Below are positions 36,571-48,036 of a stretch of 64,000 bases of DNA, piece after piece; positions within the stretch are counted from its first letter, which is position 1; every line of letters starts with the position of its first letter. A program made the position numbers and the translations under genes. The notes beneath the pieces are model-generated. The model saw nothing but the letters and a program-made list of their open reading frames with translations. It had not been told where the DNA came from and did not search any database. This DNA is from Takakia lepidozioides (taxonomy: Eukaryota; Plantae; Bryophyta), in assembly GCA_030704615.1 (NCBI GenBank), contig CM060732.1, positions 46,624,001-46,688,000 on the forward strand, read 5' to 3'.

Positions 36571-39500
36571 CTATTTCTCCTCCTTTTCTTCATAGAAATG
36601 TGGTGGGTAACAGTTGGTTTCCTCTTCAATTGGTGTTGCTGTCACTACACCACAGCAGATACCTCTCAAACAACTTAGGCTTTCCAGCCGCATCTCTGCA
36701 ACCTGCTCCCATTCTGGGTGTGCAGCAAATAGGGTAGCTTCCTGCTCCTCATCCAGTCCTCCCTTCCAGTCATACTCTCTGACTCCTCGAGGTCTTCTTG
36801 TAGCAGGTAATCTACTAGATTTCTTTGTGGTAATTTGTATCTCGTGCATCCCATTATGCACAGTTAGTAACTGAGAATTCCAGTCATGGAATACCCTGGC
36901 CTGTTTCAGCCACGGACGTCCCAATAATAAGGAGTAAGCCTCCATGACTTCATCCATTTTTAATACAGTTACTGTGATCATAAAGATCATTTTCTGTATC
37001 TGTATCTTAACTCCTCTTATTAATCCCAATGGCTGTACACTTCTTTGATCTGCCATTGTTACTGTAAATGGGGCTGGTTTCATGTTACTTAGACCAAGCT
37101 TCTTCCTTAATTGGTCTGTCATGATATTTACTCCAGAACCACCATCTATCAGTACATCAGTTAGTTCTGTGCTTCCAATTCTCAATTGGATTACTGGCAT
37201 AGAATCATCAAAGTCCATGACTGGTTCTCGCCCTTCCGGCTTCACATTATAACTGGTCACCTTGCTGTTCAGGTCTGTGTTTCCTGTCTCTTGGGCAATT
37301 CGATTGATTGCCTGATACAGCCTGTGCCTACAATAAGGTGCCACAGCTAATAGCTGTCCAATGGTAATTTCTGCTTTGGTCTGACATATTACTTCAGCCA
37401 AAGTCTCTTCATTACTTTGCATGTCTGCATCTTCTTTTTTCCTTTCTTCCTCACTCCCCTCTTTTTCTCCATCCGAATCAGAGGAATCTGCCACAGGAAT
37501 ATCCGTACTCTTTTGCATTTCCCTTATAGTATCTGCCACTTCCTTGTGCAGTTCCTTCTCATCCTTCCAAGTCTCTTCATCTTCAGGCATATCATTGCCA
37601 CTTCCAGTCTCATCTTCTTCCTCTTCTACTGGAGGTATTAGTTTGGCTTTACTTCTTGTTACTATCATTGTACTTACTTCTGGTACAACACATGGCCTAA
37701 CCATGTGAGCTGCCACCACTGGGCCCTCATTCACAGGAGCTCTCATCTCATTCTGGTGTCTTATCCAGAATGAACAGGCTGCCTTGCGATGTCCTGGCTG
37801 ATTACAATAGTAACATAGCTCTTCACCATTGGGTCCTCGCCCTTGGTCTGGTCTTGGATTATTTCTATAATCCTGATTCCCGGGCTGGTAATTCCCCCTT
37901 GGATTACCCTGATAGTTGCCTCTGGAATTTCCTTGGTAATTCCCTCTTGAATTACCTCTCCCTTCCATGCCATTGTTATAACCACCAGACCTACCATAGT
38001 GGTCCTGATCATTGCTTCTTCTTGGCTGGGGCTGCACCTGATGCACCCTCACTTGCCTAGGTTCTCTTGCAGCTGTCCTTCTGTTGTAGTAACAATTCTC
38101 AGTAGAATGGTTATCCATTTTACAGATAGTACAGTGTTTCTCCTTCATGTGGCATTCTGTAGTGGTATGGCCTTCATTCTGGCACTTTGCACACCATACA
38201 CCCTTCCTCCAATGTGTTGCAGCCTCTGTGGCATACTTCTTCAAGATTTCTTCCAATCTTTTCTCATAGTTATCCCTCTTCAACTTTTCCTTTCTCTTAC
38301 TCTTTCTTTTTAGTTCTTGCTCTTCTTCTTCATCTGACTCATCTTCAGAGTCCTCATCTTCCTTTTTCTCTCTCCTGAGCATTCCCAATTGCTCAATTCT
38401 GTTTGCAGTTTCAAATGCCTCCTCCACTGTATTATGGGGTAACATATCCACTTTCTTCTGCAACTCTGGTCTTAGTCCACTCACAAACCAAGTCTTCTGT
38501 AAACCGGGTGCTGGTACTGCAGCCAGCTTTTTCATCATCAATTCCATCTTCTCCATATACTCTTCAACAGTTTCATGCTTCTTCTGCTTCAGCTGTTGTA
38601 AACTTCCATACACTTCATCCTCAGTTTTACTTGTCCTGAACCTATTTCGAAATGCTGTATTCAAGCCATTCCAGGTTAGGAAATGATTATCAGGGAATCT
38701 TGCATACCATTCACTTGCTTTCTTGATAAGTGAACAAGGAAACAGTCTCATCTTGGCATCATCGCCATTCTCATTGTTCACTATACACATGTGCTCAAAT
38801 TGGCTAATGTGTACATCGGGATCCCCTTTTCCTGAATATATTGGAAAGGGTGGTTTTGCCCGTGTTGGTTGTAACGCCATCTGTGGCCCTACCTTCTGCC
38901 CACTGACAGGTGCTGGCACCCTTGCTGGTGCTGGTCCTTCTGGACCTGTTGTTTTTGTGGTGGATCTTCCACCAAGTGGTGGCCCTTGAGCACTCCCTGC
39001 TTCTGGCCCCACGATATTCACAGTATTCCCAGCTTCAGTTGCACTACTTCCCACACTCCCTGTCCCCCCAGAGCCAGATCCAGGCAGCCCGCCTGATCCC
39101 CCTGAGCCGACACCTTCGTTGGCCTGTGATCCAAGTGCTCCACTTGATCCAGGTCCAACGGGTTGGGATGTCCTGGTTGTAGTCTCAACCTCAGCTGTTG
39201 GGTCTACTTCTTCATATTCTTCCTCTTCCAATTTCTTCTCTCTGTTTTCATCCTCCAAGTTCTGCCCTTGGGTTTCTTCTTCACTCATGTAACTCAACTG
39301 TAATGGTGTTGGAGAGTCTGAACTCTCCGTTGGCTCTGCCACATCCTCATCTCCTTCTTCATCTTCTGCTTCAGAAACTGGAGTTCCTGCTTTTGGTGTT
39401 CCATGCCAACTCTTATCAAAGATTTCTGTCAAGTCTTTTATCCAAGGATGTACCTCAGATCTTTCACCTCGTGATTGATCTTCTTCCTGTACCAATTCCC

Positions 39501-39711
39501 TTAATCTTTCTTGCAAAGAAACAGAAGGAGTGGCATCCAACTCTAGTTCTTCCGGTATAGGTGATGCACTTTTTGATCTTGATGGTGTGAGAGGTCCAGA
39601 TGATTCCCCTATGTCTATTCCTCTCTCCCAAAGATATGGATAATTAGCTTTCAGATAGCTTTCTCTTTTTGATGAATATCTTTGTCGTCTAGCTTCTCTT
39701 TCATCACTCAT
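36571..39711 (-). CDS. G2 Gag-protease, 1046 aa
   Basis: YSGKGDPDVHISQFE, three CCHC knuckles, VLIDGGSGVNIM, LLLGRPWL. Confidence 0.95.
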   Translation of the reverse strand: MSDEREARRQRYSSKRESYLKANYPYLWERGIDIGESSGPLTPSRSKSASPIPEELELDATPSVSLQERLRELVQEEDQSRGERSEVHPWIKDLTEIFDKSWHGTPKAGTPVSEAEDEEGDEDVAEPTESSDSPTPLQLSYMSEEETQGQNLEDENREKKLEEEEYEEVDPTAEVETTTRTSQPVGPGSSGALGSQANEGVGSGGSGGLPGSGSGGTGSVGSSATEAGNTVNIVGPEAGSAQGPPLGGRSTTKTTGPEGPAPARVPAPVSGQKVGPQMALQPTRAKPPFPIYSGKGDPDVHISQFEHMCIVNNENGDDAKMRLFPCSLIKKASEWYARFPDNHFLTWNGLNTAFRNRFRTSKTEDEVYGSLQQLKQKKHETVEEYMEKMELMMKKLAAVPAPGLQKTWFVSGLRPELQKKVDMLPHNTVEEAFETANRIEQLGMLRREKKEDEDSEDESDEEEEQELKRKSKRKEKLKRDNYEKRLEEILKKYATEAATHWRKGVWCAKCQNEGHTTTECHMKEKHCTICKMDNHSTENCYYNRRTAAREPRQVRVHQVQPQPRRSNDQDHYGRSGGYNNGMEGRGNSRGNYQGNSRGNYQGNPRGNYQPGNQDYRNNPRPDQGRGPNGEELCYYCNQPGHRKAACSFWIRHQNEMRAPVNEGPVVAAHMVRPCVVPEVSTMIVTRSKAKLIPPVEEEEDETGSGNDMPEDEETWKDEKELHKEVADTIREMQKSTDIPVADSSDSDGEKEGSEEERKKEDADMQSNEETLAEVICQTKAEITIGQLLAVAPYCRHRLYQAINRIAQETGNTDLNSKVTSYNVKPEGREPVMDFDDSMPVIQLRIGSTELTDVLIDGGSGVNIMTDQLRKKLGLSNMKPAPFTVTMADQRSVQPLGLIRGVKIQIQKMIFMITVTVLKMDEVMEAYSLLLGRPWLKQARVFHDWNSQLLTVHNGMHEIQITTKKSSRLPATRRPRGVREYDWKGGLDEEQEATLFAAHPEWEQVAEMRLESLSCLRGICCGVVTATPIEEETNCYPPHFYEEKEEK

Positions 39712-39732
39712 GTCCCATGTCTTTCATTTCTT

Positions 39733-40428
39733 TTAATGTGGCAATAACCAAAACTCTCTTCTGTAATATCTCTCGTATATGCCTGGATTTCTTTCAAGCT
39801 TCAATGCACCCTTGGCTATACTTGAAGTCTCCGTTACCATATAACCATATGGCAAACAAGTCTGAAAAGCTGTTCTTGGTGTGAGTTTGATCCACAAAAT
39901 ATCCTTTGGAATCCAATTCTTTACCAGTACAAGCTCTTCATGCATATGAGTATAAACATTCACCTTTCTTTCTTCCCAGCCTTCAAACTCTACTCGTTTA
40001 ATGGATAGCAACGCTATCACATAAACTAATGTTGGTAACCAACGTGCTCTTCCTCTACAGGCTACCTGATAAATCTTTATCACTCCTTTCTCCAGACCCC
40101 ATTCTGGATCAGCATCATGCACTCGTTTAAGAATATTTTCTTTACATCCGTCTGGCAATTCCAAGAACCTTTGAAAGAATTGTTTGGACAATCTTTCTTC
40201 CTTCGTTCCACAGGGAATTTGATTCACTTCAAACTCTTTAATGGTCCAACCACCATGATCCCACCAGATGCCTGTCACATCTGGTTGTTCATGTCCCAGG
40301 TCCCCAGTATGGTCGCCAAATGTCGCGCGGCTTTTACTCACCCATCCCTTCGCTATCCGAGGCGGAAACTCCAAGATAGAAGAGTTGGAAATCTCTAAGT
40401 ACTCAGCCCGCGCAGAACAATCAGTCAT
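39733..40428 (-). CDS. G2 extra 5' ORF (ORF0), 231 aa, unknown function
   Basis: Open frame stopping about 20 nt before the gag ATG; homologous to G1 ORF0. The only upstream in-frame ATG lies inside the LTR. Confidence 0.7.
   Translation of the reverse strand: MTDCSARAEYLEISNSSILEFPPRIAKGWVSKSRATFGDHTGDLGHEQPDVTGIWWDHGGWTIKEFEVNQIPCGTKEERLSKQFFQRFLELPDGCKENILKRVHDADPEWGLEKGVIKIYQVACRGRARWLPTLVYVIALLSIKRVEFEGWEERKVNVYTHMHEELVLVKNWIPKDILWIKLTPRTAFQTCLPYGYMVTETSSIAKGALKLERNPGIYERYYRREFWLLPH
40301..40318 (-). promoter_or_regulatory. G2 primer-binding site (probably tRNA-Arg type)
   Basis: TGGCGACCATACTGGGGA, 2 nt from the LTR. Confidence 0.9.
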
Positions 40429-41373
40429 GACCTACAGCTAGTGTATCATGGGGGTGTTTCCTATTTGTTTCCTTTTCCGCATTCATCTTAGCTACCTTAC
40501 CATTGATAATTAAGTATCAGTTTGCTTCATCAATTTATCGGTTTCCTTAACTCCTCCATTCAATCCACAGCTTCACTCAGATCTCTCTACACAGTGTGAT
40601 TGTATCGTATAAGTATCAGATTATGATTTATCAGGTATCAGGCCGAAGCCATTATGTCTCTAATCTGCTCTACAATATCACTCTCGCTTTGCATATGACA
40701 AGCATCTACTAATCCTCTTTTCTCCTTCATCGTGCTCTCCGATCTCCGCTCCCGCCTGTCTCCGAAGTCCTCCCCGAATAATGATCCCTTCCTATTCCCC
40801 GTTCTTCCCTTTATCCTCCTATCCGCGGTTCTAACCGTTTCCCTCTCTAACCGTCGTATGTGAACTAACATGTTCCCTTCACTGGTGTTGTTCCCCACAG
40901 TCGTTCCCTGTCCTACTCTTCGTTCCCTATTATCGTGACAGCTGTGTCAAGCGGTGACTGGCTGTGTTTGGCTGTGTCGGGCTGTGACGACTGTGACGGC
41001 TGTGTGGGCTGTGTGGGCTGTGACGACTGTGACGGGCTGTGTGGGCTGTGTGGGCTGTGACGACTGTGACGGCTGTGTGGGCTGTGTGGGCTGTGACGAC
41101 TGTGACGGCTGTGTGGGCTGTGACGACTGTGACGGGCTGTGTTGGCTGTGTGGGCTGTGACGGCTGTGTGGGCTGTGTGGGCTGTGACGACTGTGACGGG
41201 CTGTGTTGGCTGTGTGGGCTGTGACTGCTGTGTCGGCTGTGTGGGCTATGTAACCCCCTTCTACAGTGCGCTGCTGTCACCCCTAAGGTTCCTGTTTGTC
41301 TCAGTCTGTGCAAAATTTAAGGGTACCCTACAGATCCCGTATAAGTGTCTAAGTCCCCTACAGTCCTCTAACA
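40321..41373 (-). repeat. G2 5' LTR (1053 bp)
   Basis: Direct repeat of 27907-28998. Confidence 0.97.
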
Positions 41374-41473
41374 GGGTGGGGCACCACTACCACTGATGAG
41401 GGGTGCCACTACCACTACCACTGTGGGTGGGGCACCACTACCACTAGTGCCAGGCAATACTACCACTACCACT

Positions 41474-42580
41474 ATGTGCGGGGCAGGACTACCACTAGTG
41501 CAAGTGGAGTCAGTTGCGGCAGTGACTCGAGGAGCAGCACGAGTTCCTGAGCCACGGGGTGCGGAGGTGGAGTTGGATCCACAGCGTGGGGAGGCAAGCC
41601 ATCAGGCCAGGCTTTCTCAGTCATTCACATTGGCGGAGACAGTGTCGACGCCGTCCATGGCACCTAGTTCCCACCCGACTGTTACCAAGGCGGAGGTTAC
41701 TATGCCATTGGGGAGAGCTACACGGGCAACACCACTACCTAGTGTTGCCAAGGCTACGACAGCTAGTGTGCTGCTGGGGGCAGCCACAGCTGTGTGCCAG
41801 GCTCCATTGTTCTCGGCTACCATGATTGCGACGCCGGAGGTAAGACCAGCTGAGGTGTTCAGGCTGGCAGCGACACTCTGTGAGAGTGGGGAGGTTATCT
41901 CATCTTCTGCGGAGATAGTATGAGGTGCAGTGCCGGAGGGATCCTCGGATGTGAGGGTCAAGATTGCCACGGCGGCGTCATGGCAAGCTGCAGCTGCCAG
42001 GTTGATAGAGTTGTCAGCTAGGCCAGCCATTGAGCGCGCCATGGTGACACCTGGAGTTGTCATGTTAGACAACCAGGATGGCATTTTCTGTTTGAGTGGA
42101 CCGGCAGGCAAGAGGTACCGGCCACTACGGGTCTTGTTGGACTCGGGAGCTCAGCCATTGATGCTGAGCAGAGCTGCTATTGCACGCTTGGGCCTCACGG
42201 AGGCGGATATGGAGCCGTGCCCTTTCCAGATACAAACATCTCTGGGAGGATCAGAGCAGGCTCGGGGCATGACACGGCATGAGTTGGCTATCAGACTACA
42301 GTCGGATCATCCTACAGATGGCTCAGTGATGAGAGCCAAGGCCATTGTGACAGACGCGGTCTCCTACGATGTCCTTATTGGTGGGGCAGTGTTGCACCCC
42401 ATGGGCTTCACCTTGGATTTTTGGGAGGAGTCAGCTTCTTATAGGCCTGGATGGCAGTCAGGGGAGGGCCGGCGTGTGCAGCTCCATGTGACGTTCAAAG
42501 GAGGAGTTGCGGTTGCCCAACGAGGCAAGATGCCAACTCTGGCAGCATTCACAGCTGCAGTGACTTGGCTTGAAGAGTTG
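41474..42580 (+). pseudogene. M1 gag-pol linker and aspartic protease
   Basis: LRVLLDSGAQPLML and YDVLIGG; one stop at 41921. Colinear with M2 ORF 57360-59810. Confidence 0.9.
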
Positions 42581-43560
42581 CCTGGTCTACCTTGGTCAGC
42601 TTGGTTAGAGCCTTTGCAATAGCACTAAATCCCTTGACAAACTGTCTATAGTAGTTTGCCAACCCCATGAAAGCTCGAACTCAGCTCACATCCGTGGGAC
42701 GTGGAATCTGTGCGATGGCCTCTACCTTAGTCTGCTGCACCCCCAATCCTCCAGGATATATCATGTGGCCCAGATACTCAATCTGGTTGTGGAAGAACTT
42801 GCACTTCCCCGGATGTAATTTCAATCCGTGCGCTCTCAAGCGCTCAAACACCACCTGAAGGTGTCTCTCGTGCTCCTCCACCGTAGCACTAAAGATGATG
42901 ATGTCATCTATGTAGCACTGAGCAAAGTCTACCCCTGCTAAAATCCTGTCCATGACTCTCTGGAACTCTGCAGGAGCGTTCTTAAGCCCGAATGGTAAGA
43001 ATCGCCACTGATATAGGCAATCCTTCCCGTGCTCATTGATCCCCCAGAATGTCGTCTTCTACTTGTCCGCCTCCTTGATCAGCAACTGGTGATATCCGGA
43101 CCGCAAGTCCAAAGTGCTAAAGACCTTGGCATGCCCAATGGCATCAAAGATCTCCTCCGGTGTGGGCATGGCATACTTATCGGACTTGGTCTGACGATTT
43201 ACAGGCCGGTAATCACCGCACATACGTCTCTCCGTCCAATTGCCATAGACATCCTTCTTGGCTGGCATCACCGTGGCTGAAGCATACTCTCCACCAGAGA
43301 GCTCCACCAAACCAGCCTCCCAGAGATCTTGAGTCCTCATCTGAATCAAAGTCCTCTCCATGTCACTGTATCTATAGGGTCTCCAAAAGATTGGCGTGTC
43401 TGTGGCCAACTCAATACGAATCTCCTGACCCTTCAGTGCTCCCAAATCCTTCAAACTGAAGGCAAAGCAATTCCTGTAAGCCCTCAGGAACCGCCGTATA
43501 CGTCGACACTCTCCTCCAGTAACAATGGGTCCAATGTCAGGCTCCCAATTGTCCTCCGTA
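42581..43560 (-). pseudogene. M1 reverse transcriptase (inverted)
   Basis: RMCGDYRPVN, STLDLRSGYHQ, LPFGLKNAP, CYIDDIIIFS, YLGH. Confidence 0.93.
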
Positions 43561-43919
43561 ACTGCAACCTTAAGTCCAGCAGACTTAGAGATAGGAGACG
43601 CATCCCGTGGTTGCTATGCCGCAACCTCATGAACAATACTCCCTGCCTGCTCAGTCAATGACAAGGCCTCATCCTGCCCCATCATCTCATCCTTGAGGAC
43701 CTCCTCAACCCGAGAAGAATCCCCAACCTTATCCATCACAGCCGCCTTGGCTGTCAACTCCCTCTGAACCTCAAGCACCTCCCACGTGTGCCATGGATGT
43801 CTACACCCCGTGGTCCTCACCGGCTCGCCCCCACTCACTGCTTGTACCGTCTCGGTAGACAGAGAGACCGTCAAGGGAAGTGCACTCCGCACTCTACGTT
43901 GCTCAGCCATAGCCAAGCT

Positions 43920-44870
43920 GATAATCCAGGTCAAGCAATTTAGATCCATTGCTTGCCCCAACACCTGACGACGTGATGCCTCAGAAAGAGAAGGCACCGC
44001 CGTGGTCCCAGTGGAAAAACCCATAGCCCACTCTCGCTCGTCGGCATTAGGCTCCACTAACTACTGCAACTGAGCATCCCACAGGAGGCCAGGTCCGCTA
44101 TCCCGGAAAGCATGCGATCCTGGGAAGCTGAGCAGTGTAGGTAGTGCTGTTCGTGGTCGACCCACCTTGTTGACCACTGCCAAAGACGAACGGTCATCGT
44201 GTCTCACACGCTGAGACTGCCTCCCTGTGTCCAAAATGCTATCCATTGTGAGGTGTGCTGGCCGCTGCACCCCATCAAATGCACGCTTGAGCAGTGCAGG
44301 TGGCATCAAGTTAGTCCACCATAACCGTGGACGATGAGCCTGTGACCCCACTGCAGCTGCATCCAGCAACACTGCTGACCCAAGCCACAACCGGACTTGA
44401 TGCACACAGGCCATCACCCTGGCCCGAGAATTGCCCATCAGTGGCACATTCTCCAAGATGTATGTTGGAGATACAGCTTGATGAAGCTGTAAGTGGTGCA
44501 AAACCCGCACCATCTCCCAAAACAGACCCGACCTCGAGTCTCGCAATCCATTGTCATGACCGGCTGATGAATGCCCTTGGTAGGGCCAACCTACCACTAC
44601 CAAATCAATGGAGCCAACCCGCTCCAAATCCTGCGCCCCCAGCAATGAAATGTCTGCTGGCAAGGCCTGCTGATATCCACGAACTGCAGACACCGGCAAC
44701 AACTCAGGGTAGTGCTGCACCAACTGAGCAACATGGCGTAGGGAGACGCGTCGTGCAGTCTCATTCCTCTCCACATACAGGTAACGCCGTACCCGTACAC
44801 CTGCCTGTAGAACAGCAGCCAATCCGGTGTTGATCCCGCCAAACAAGTCCAGAAGGCAAATGCCTTCATC
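43920..44870 (-). pseudogene. M1 DNMT3-like C5 cytosine methyltransferase domain (catalytic Cys to Tyr, one stop)
   Basis: DLFGGI, YVER, GWPYQG, ENV, AHRPRLWWTNL, EREWAMGF, RRQVLGQAMD. Confidence 0.9.
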
Positions 44871-45114
44871 CGGACACTACCACATGATCGGTGTGGTGTC
44901 CAATGGTGACAACTGAGGTGGACCTGGTGCAATCCCCACACTGTCCTCCTCTCTTGACGGTACAAAAGCCTCTACCCAGGCTTGTTGCACACGACAATCA
45001 GCAACCCGCTGCAAATCCTTGCTCGAGCCCCACAATGGAGTGTGAGCAACCATGGCAGGCAATTCCGCCATACCATACATGTCATCTTGCTCTCCCGGAG
45101 GTGACACATCCTCT

Positions 45115-47217
45115 GAGTGGCAATGGGAAGATGAGCAAGAGCGAGCTTTTCAGGAGCTCAAGGCGAGGCTGACCACGGCGCCGATCTTGAGACGACCTAT
45201 CAGGGGGCGTCCCTTTCAGGTGCATACAGATTGGAGCATGCTGGGGCTTGGAGCGGTGCTCACACATGTGGATGATGAGGGAAGAGAGTTCGTAGTGGCT
45301 TATGCTAGCCGCTCGAACAACGCTGCAGAGGCTAAGTACAGCTCATATGAGGGAGAATGCTTAGCTGCAGTGTGGGCCGTGGCACACTTCAGGTGCTATC
45401 TATATGGCAATCTTTTCACCCTTGTCACGGATCACCAGCCACTCAAGTGGTTGATGGAGTCAGACAAGCTTACGGGGAAGCTTGCACGGTGGGCACTCAT
45501 ACTCCAGGAGTATGACTTTTAGGTTGTGCATCGACCCGGTTTGGTCAATCGGGATGCGGATGGATTGAGTCGCAATCCATGTATGAGCCAGCAGGATGAC
45601 ACAGGAGCTCGGTGGCATGGTGAGACGGACGAGGAGATGGTGTCGGGATGGCACGCATTTGCATTTTTGTGTATCTTGGCATCGGGAGGTCAGGTTGGAC
45701 CTACAACAGGGATGACTGTAGATGGAGTGTTTGAGGACCCTGAGGCTAGTGATGAGCCAGGTGGTGCCATAGATATACATGAGGATTCGGCTGTGTTGGA
45801 CTACCTCCGCACGGGAGACACGACAGCCACTCTGACTGCCAGGGAGAGGGATCGGATCCTGCAACGAGCCAAGAGGTTCAAGTGGGAGGGGATACACCTA
45901 CTTCGAGTGTGGGAGGATGGTCGGGTGAGGATTGTGCCTCACCCCACACAGCATGCACGGTTAGTGCGGCATGCCCATGAGGAGTTGGGGCATTTTGGAG
46001 TGCGACGCACTCACAGTTTACTGCAGGGGCAGTATTGGTGGCGTGGTATGCATACAGAGGTGCAACAGTTCGTGGCTAGGTGCATGGTGTGTGACAGGGT
46101 GCGTGCTTCATTCAACGCCCCTACACCACAGTTGCATCCTTTACCAATCATGGGATTGGGCTACAGGTGGAGTCTTGACTTCGCAGGACCGTTGCCACTG
46201 ACTATGCGCCACCACAGATATGTGTTGGTGATGGTGGAGCACTTCTCCAAGTGGATTGAGTTGGTTCCATTGCCTGACAAGGCTAGTGAGGGGGCTACGT
46301 ATGCATTCTTGGATCGTGTGCTTAGCCGATTTGGTGCTCCAGCTGAGGTACTCACGGACCAAGGGAGAGAGTTCTTGGGGGAGTTTAAGGCTTTGTGTGA
46401 TAAAGCCTTGATAGACCACTGTACCACTTCTCGGGATCATCCTGAGGCCGATGGCTTGGCAGAGAGAGTGGTGCAGACGGTAAAGAGGGGTTTGCGCAAG
46501 TATGGCTTGCAAAAGGGACACCTAGGAGATTGGGATCTTCATGTACCTTGGTTAGCCATGGGCTACAGGTTCAGCAAGCAAGCATCACTTGCCTCCTTCT
46601 CACCATATTTCCTTCTCTTTGGCCGAGAGCCGGATTTGCTTGCATCTATTCACAGGGAGGCTGCAGTAGTCCTCAACCTTGATGATCCGGATGTGTGGAC
46701 ACAAGCATGTGCCCAACGGGCAGAGTTGTTCAAGAGAGTCATGCCTATGGCTTTTGAGAATCTTGCTATTGCCCAACACCGAGACACATTGAGGTATGCC
46801 ACTATACATGGAGGGGGATATCGGCCATGTGTTTGGCGTTTCCACCCTGGGGACTACGTGTATCTGTAGCAGACAGCGCCTACGACCTTGGATGTCACAA
46901 CAGGACGTGTGATTCTAAGGGTCAGGGAGGTGTTACTTTCAAGAGTGTTGATTCTGGAGGGTCGAGATGGCATGGTATGGAAGGATCATGTGCGCAATTG
47001 TGCGCCATGTCACATTCCACATGTGGATGGGAGGATAGATCCCAACCTTGCAGTGGTATATGCAGGATTGCGTTGCATGCTATGTGGGCATGCTTGTGGT
47101 GCCGCCACTATGCTGGTGTGTGATCGATGCTCAAGAGGTTGGCACATGGGATGCTTGACACCACCTCTTGAGAGGGTTCCTGATGGAGATTGGTTATATC
47201 CACCCTGCTTGGGATAG
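45115..47217 (+). pseudogene. M1 RNase H, integrase and C-terminal PHD finger
   Basis: HTDWSMLGLGAVL, YEGECLA, TDHQPL, DADGLSR; HEELGH..CMVC; SLDFAGP, LTDQGREF, DGLAER; CMLC..CDRC..WH..C..W.YPPC. Two in-frame TAG stops. Confidence 0.93.
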
Positions 47218-47465
47218 TGGCAGTGGATATGACTAGTGGCAGCTCACAAGACATGGGAGGCCAAGCTCATAGAAGTCAATACCCAAGATCTCAGGCCTAA
47301 GTTCACAGGTTGCAAGATGACGACTAACGATGGGGCAACTCTTGTACCCGGCCTCTTGATCTATTGAGTTTGAGTGTAGTAGGGACAGTGGTGGAGGACC
47401 TAGTGAGGCTATGGTCACTTTCACATCTTGTGGCTATCTGGACTTAGAGGGACCTAAGCGCCAGC

Positions 47466-47477
47466 TAGGGGGGCGAT
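47466..47477 (+). promoter_or_regulatory. M1 polypurine tract
   Basis: TAGGGGGGCGAT directly before the TG of repeat A1; identical in M2 (53860-53871, minus). Confidence 0.85.
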
Positions 47478-47718
47478 TGTGATGGACTAGTGGCTGCACT
47501 AGTGGTGGCTAGTAGCAGCCTAGTGGTGGACTAGTGGCTGCACTAGTGGTGGCTAGTGGCAGCCTAGTGGTTGGACTAGTGGCTGCACTAGTGGTGGCTA
47601 GTGACAGCCTAGTGATGGACTAGTGGCTGCACTAGTGATAGACTAGTGTTTGGTGTGCATATATGTTGTGTGGTTTGGACAACGATGTAGTTATGTAGCG
47701 ATATGTATGCGCACGACA
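47478..47718 (+). repeat. M1 terminal repeat A1 (U3-like, 11-bp CTAGTGG array)
   Basis: TGTGATGG...GCACGACA; repeated at 48037-48309 and, inverted, at 53673-53859. Confidence 0.9.
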
Positions 47719-47720
47719 GC

Positions 47721-48035
47721 TGTCAAGTTATTTTACCACTAGTGTGAAATTAGCTAGAAAATAACTTTATTTTATACTGACATTTGGGATTGACCCAAGT
47801 GTCAATCTAGGGGCCAATACATGTTTGGGCACCTGACGTTGTTATCTTCACTTCAGATCGCGGTGGACTCATCTTTCTCGAGTTGAGCCTCACTGCGTCT
47901 AGCTATAGCGCCGTAGTGTGGATTCCCCATGGCGTGGGGTGCACTTGGCTCGACTTAATATATGAGTGATGTTTTCATGTGCGGGTGTGTGAGTTTGAGA
48001 GAGCTTGTATGCTTGTATCATTCCTTTCCTTATCA
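47721..48035 (+). repeat. M1 terminal repeat B2
   Basis: TGTCAAG...CCTTATCA; direct repeat of 23835-24143. Confidence 0.9.
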
Positions 48036-48036
48036 T

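Larger units (their letters stand above)
27907..41373 (-). mobile_element. Full-length young Ty3/gypsy non-chromovirus element G2 (Athila/Phygy-like, no archaeal-type RNase H), nested in M1
   Basis: Two near-identical TG..CA LTRs, 5-bp TSD GGGTG (27902-27906 and 41374-41378), PBS, PPT, complete gag-PR-RT-RH-IN. Confidence 0.97.
42581..45119 (-). other. Internal inversion in M1 spanning MTase and RT
   Basis: Segment reads on the minus strand while PR upstream and RH/IN downstream read on plus. Both breakpoints map by comparison with M2. Confidence 0.92.

Noticed and set aside
36540-36600. Programmed ribosomal frameshift between PR and RT in G2 (also gag/pol in M2 at about 59810)
   Set aside because: G1 is continuous at the equivalent position and there is no clear slippery heptamer. 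More likely a mutation or sequencing indel.
27907-41373. Tat/Ogre lineage assignment
   Set aside because: An Arg-type PBS and a 5' ORF fit, but there is no additional archaeal-type RNase H between RH and IN.
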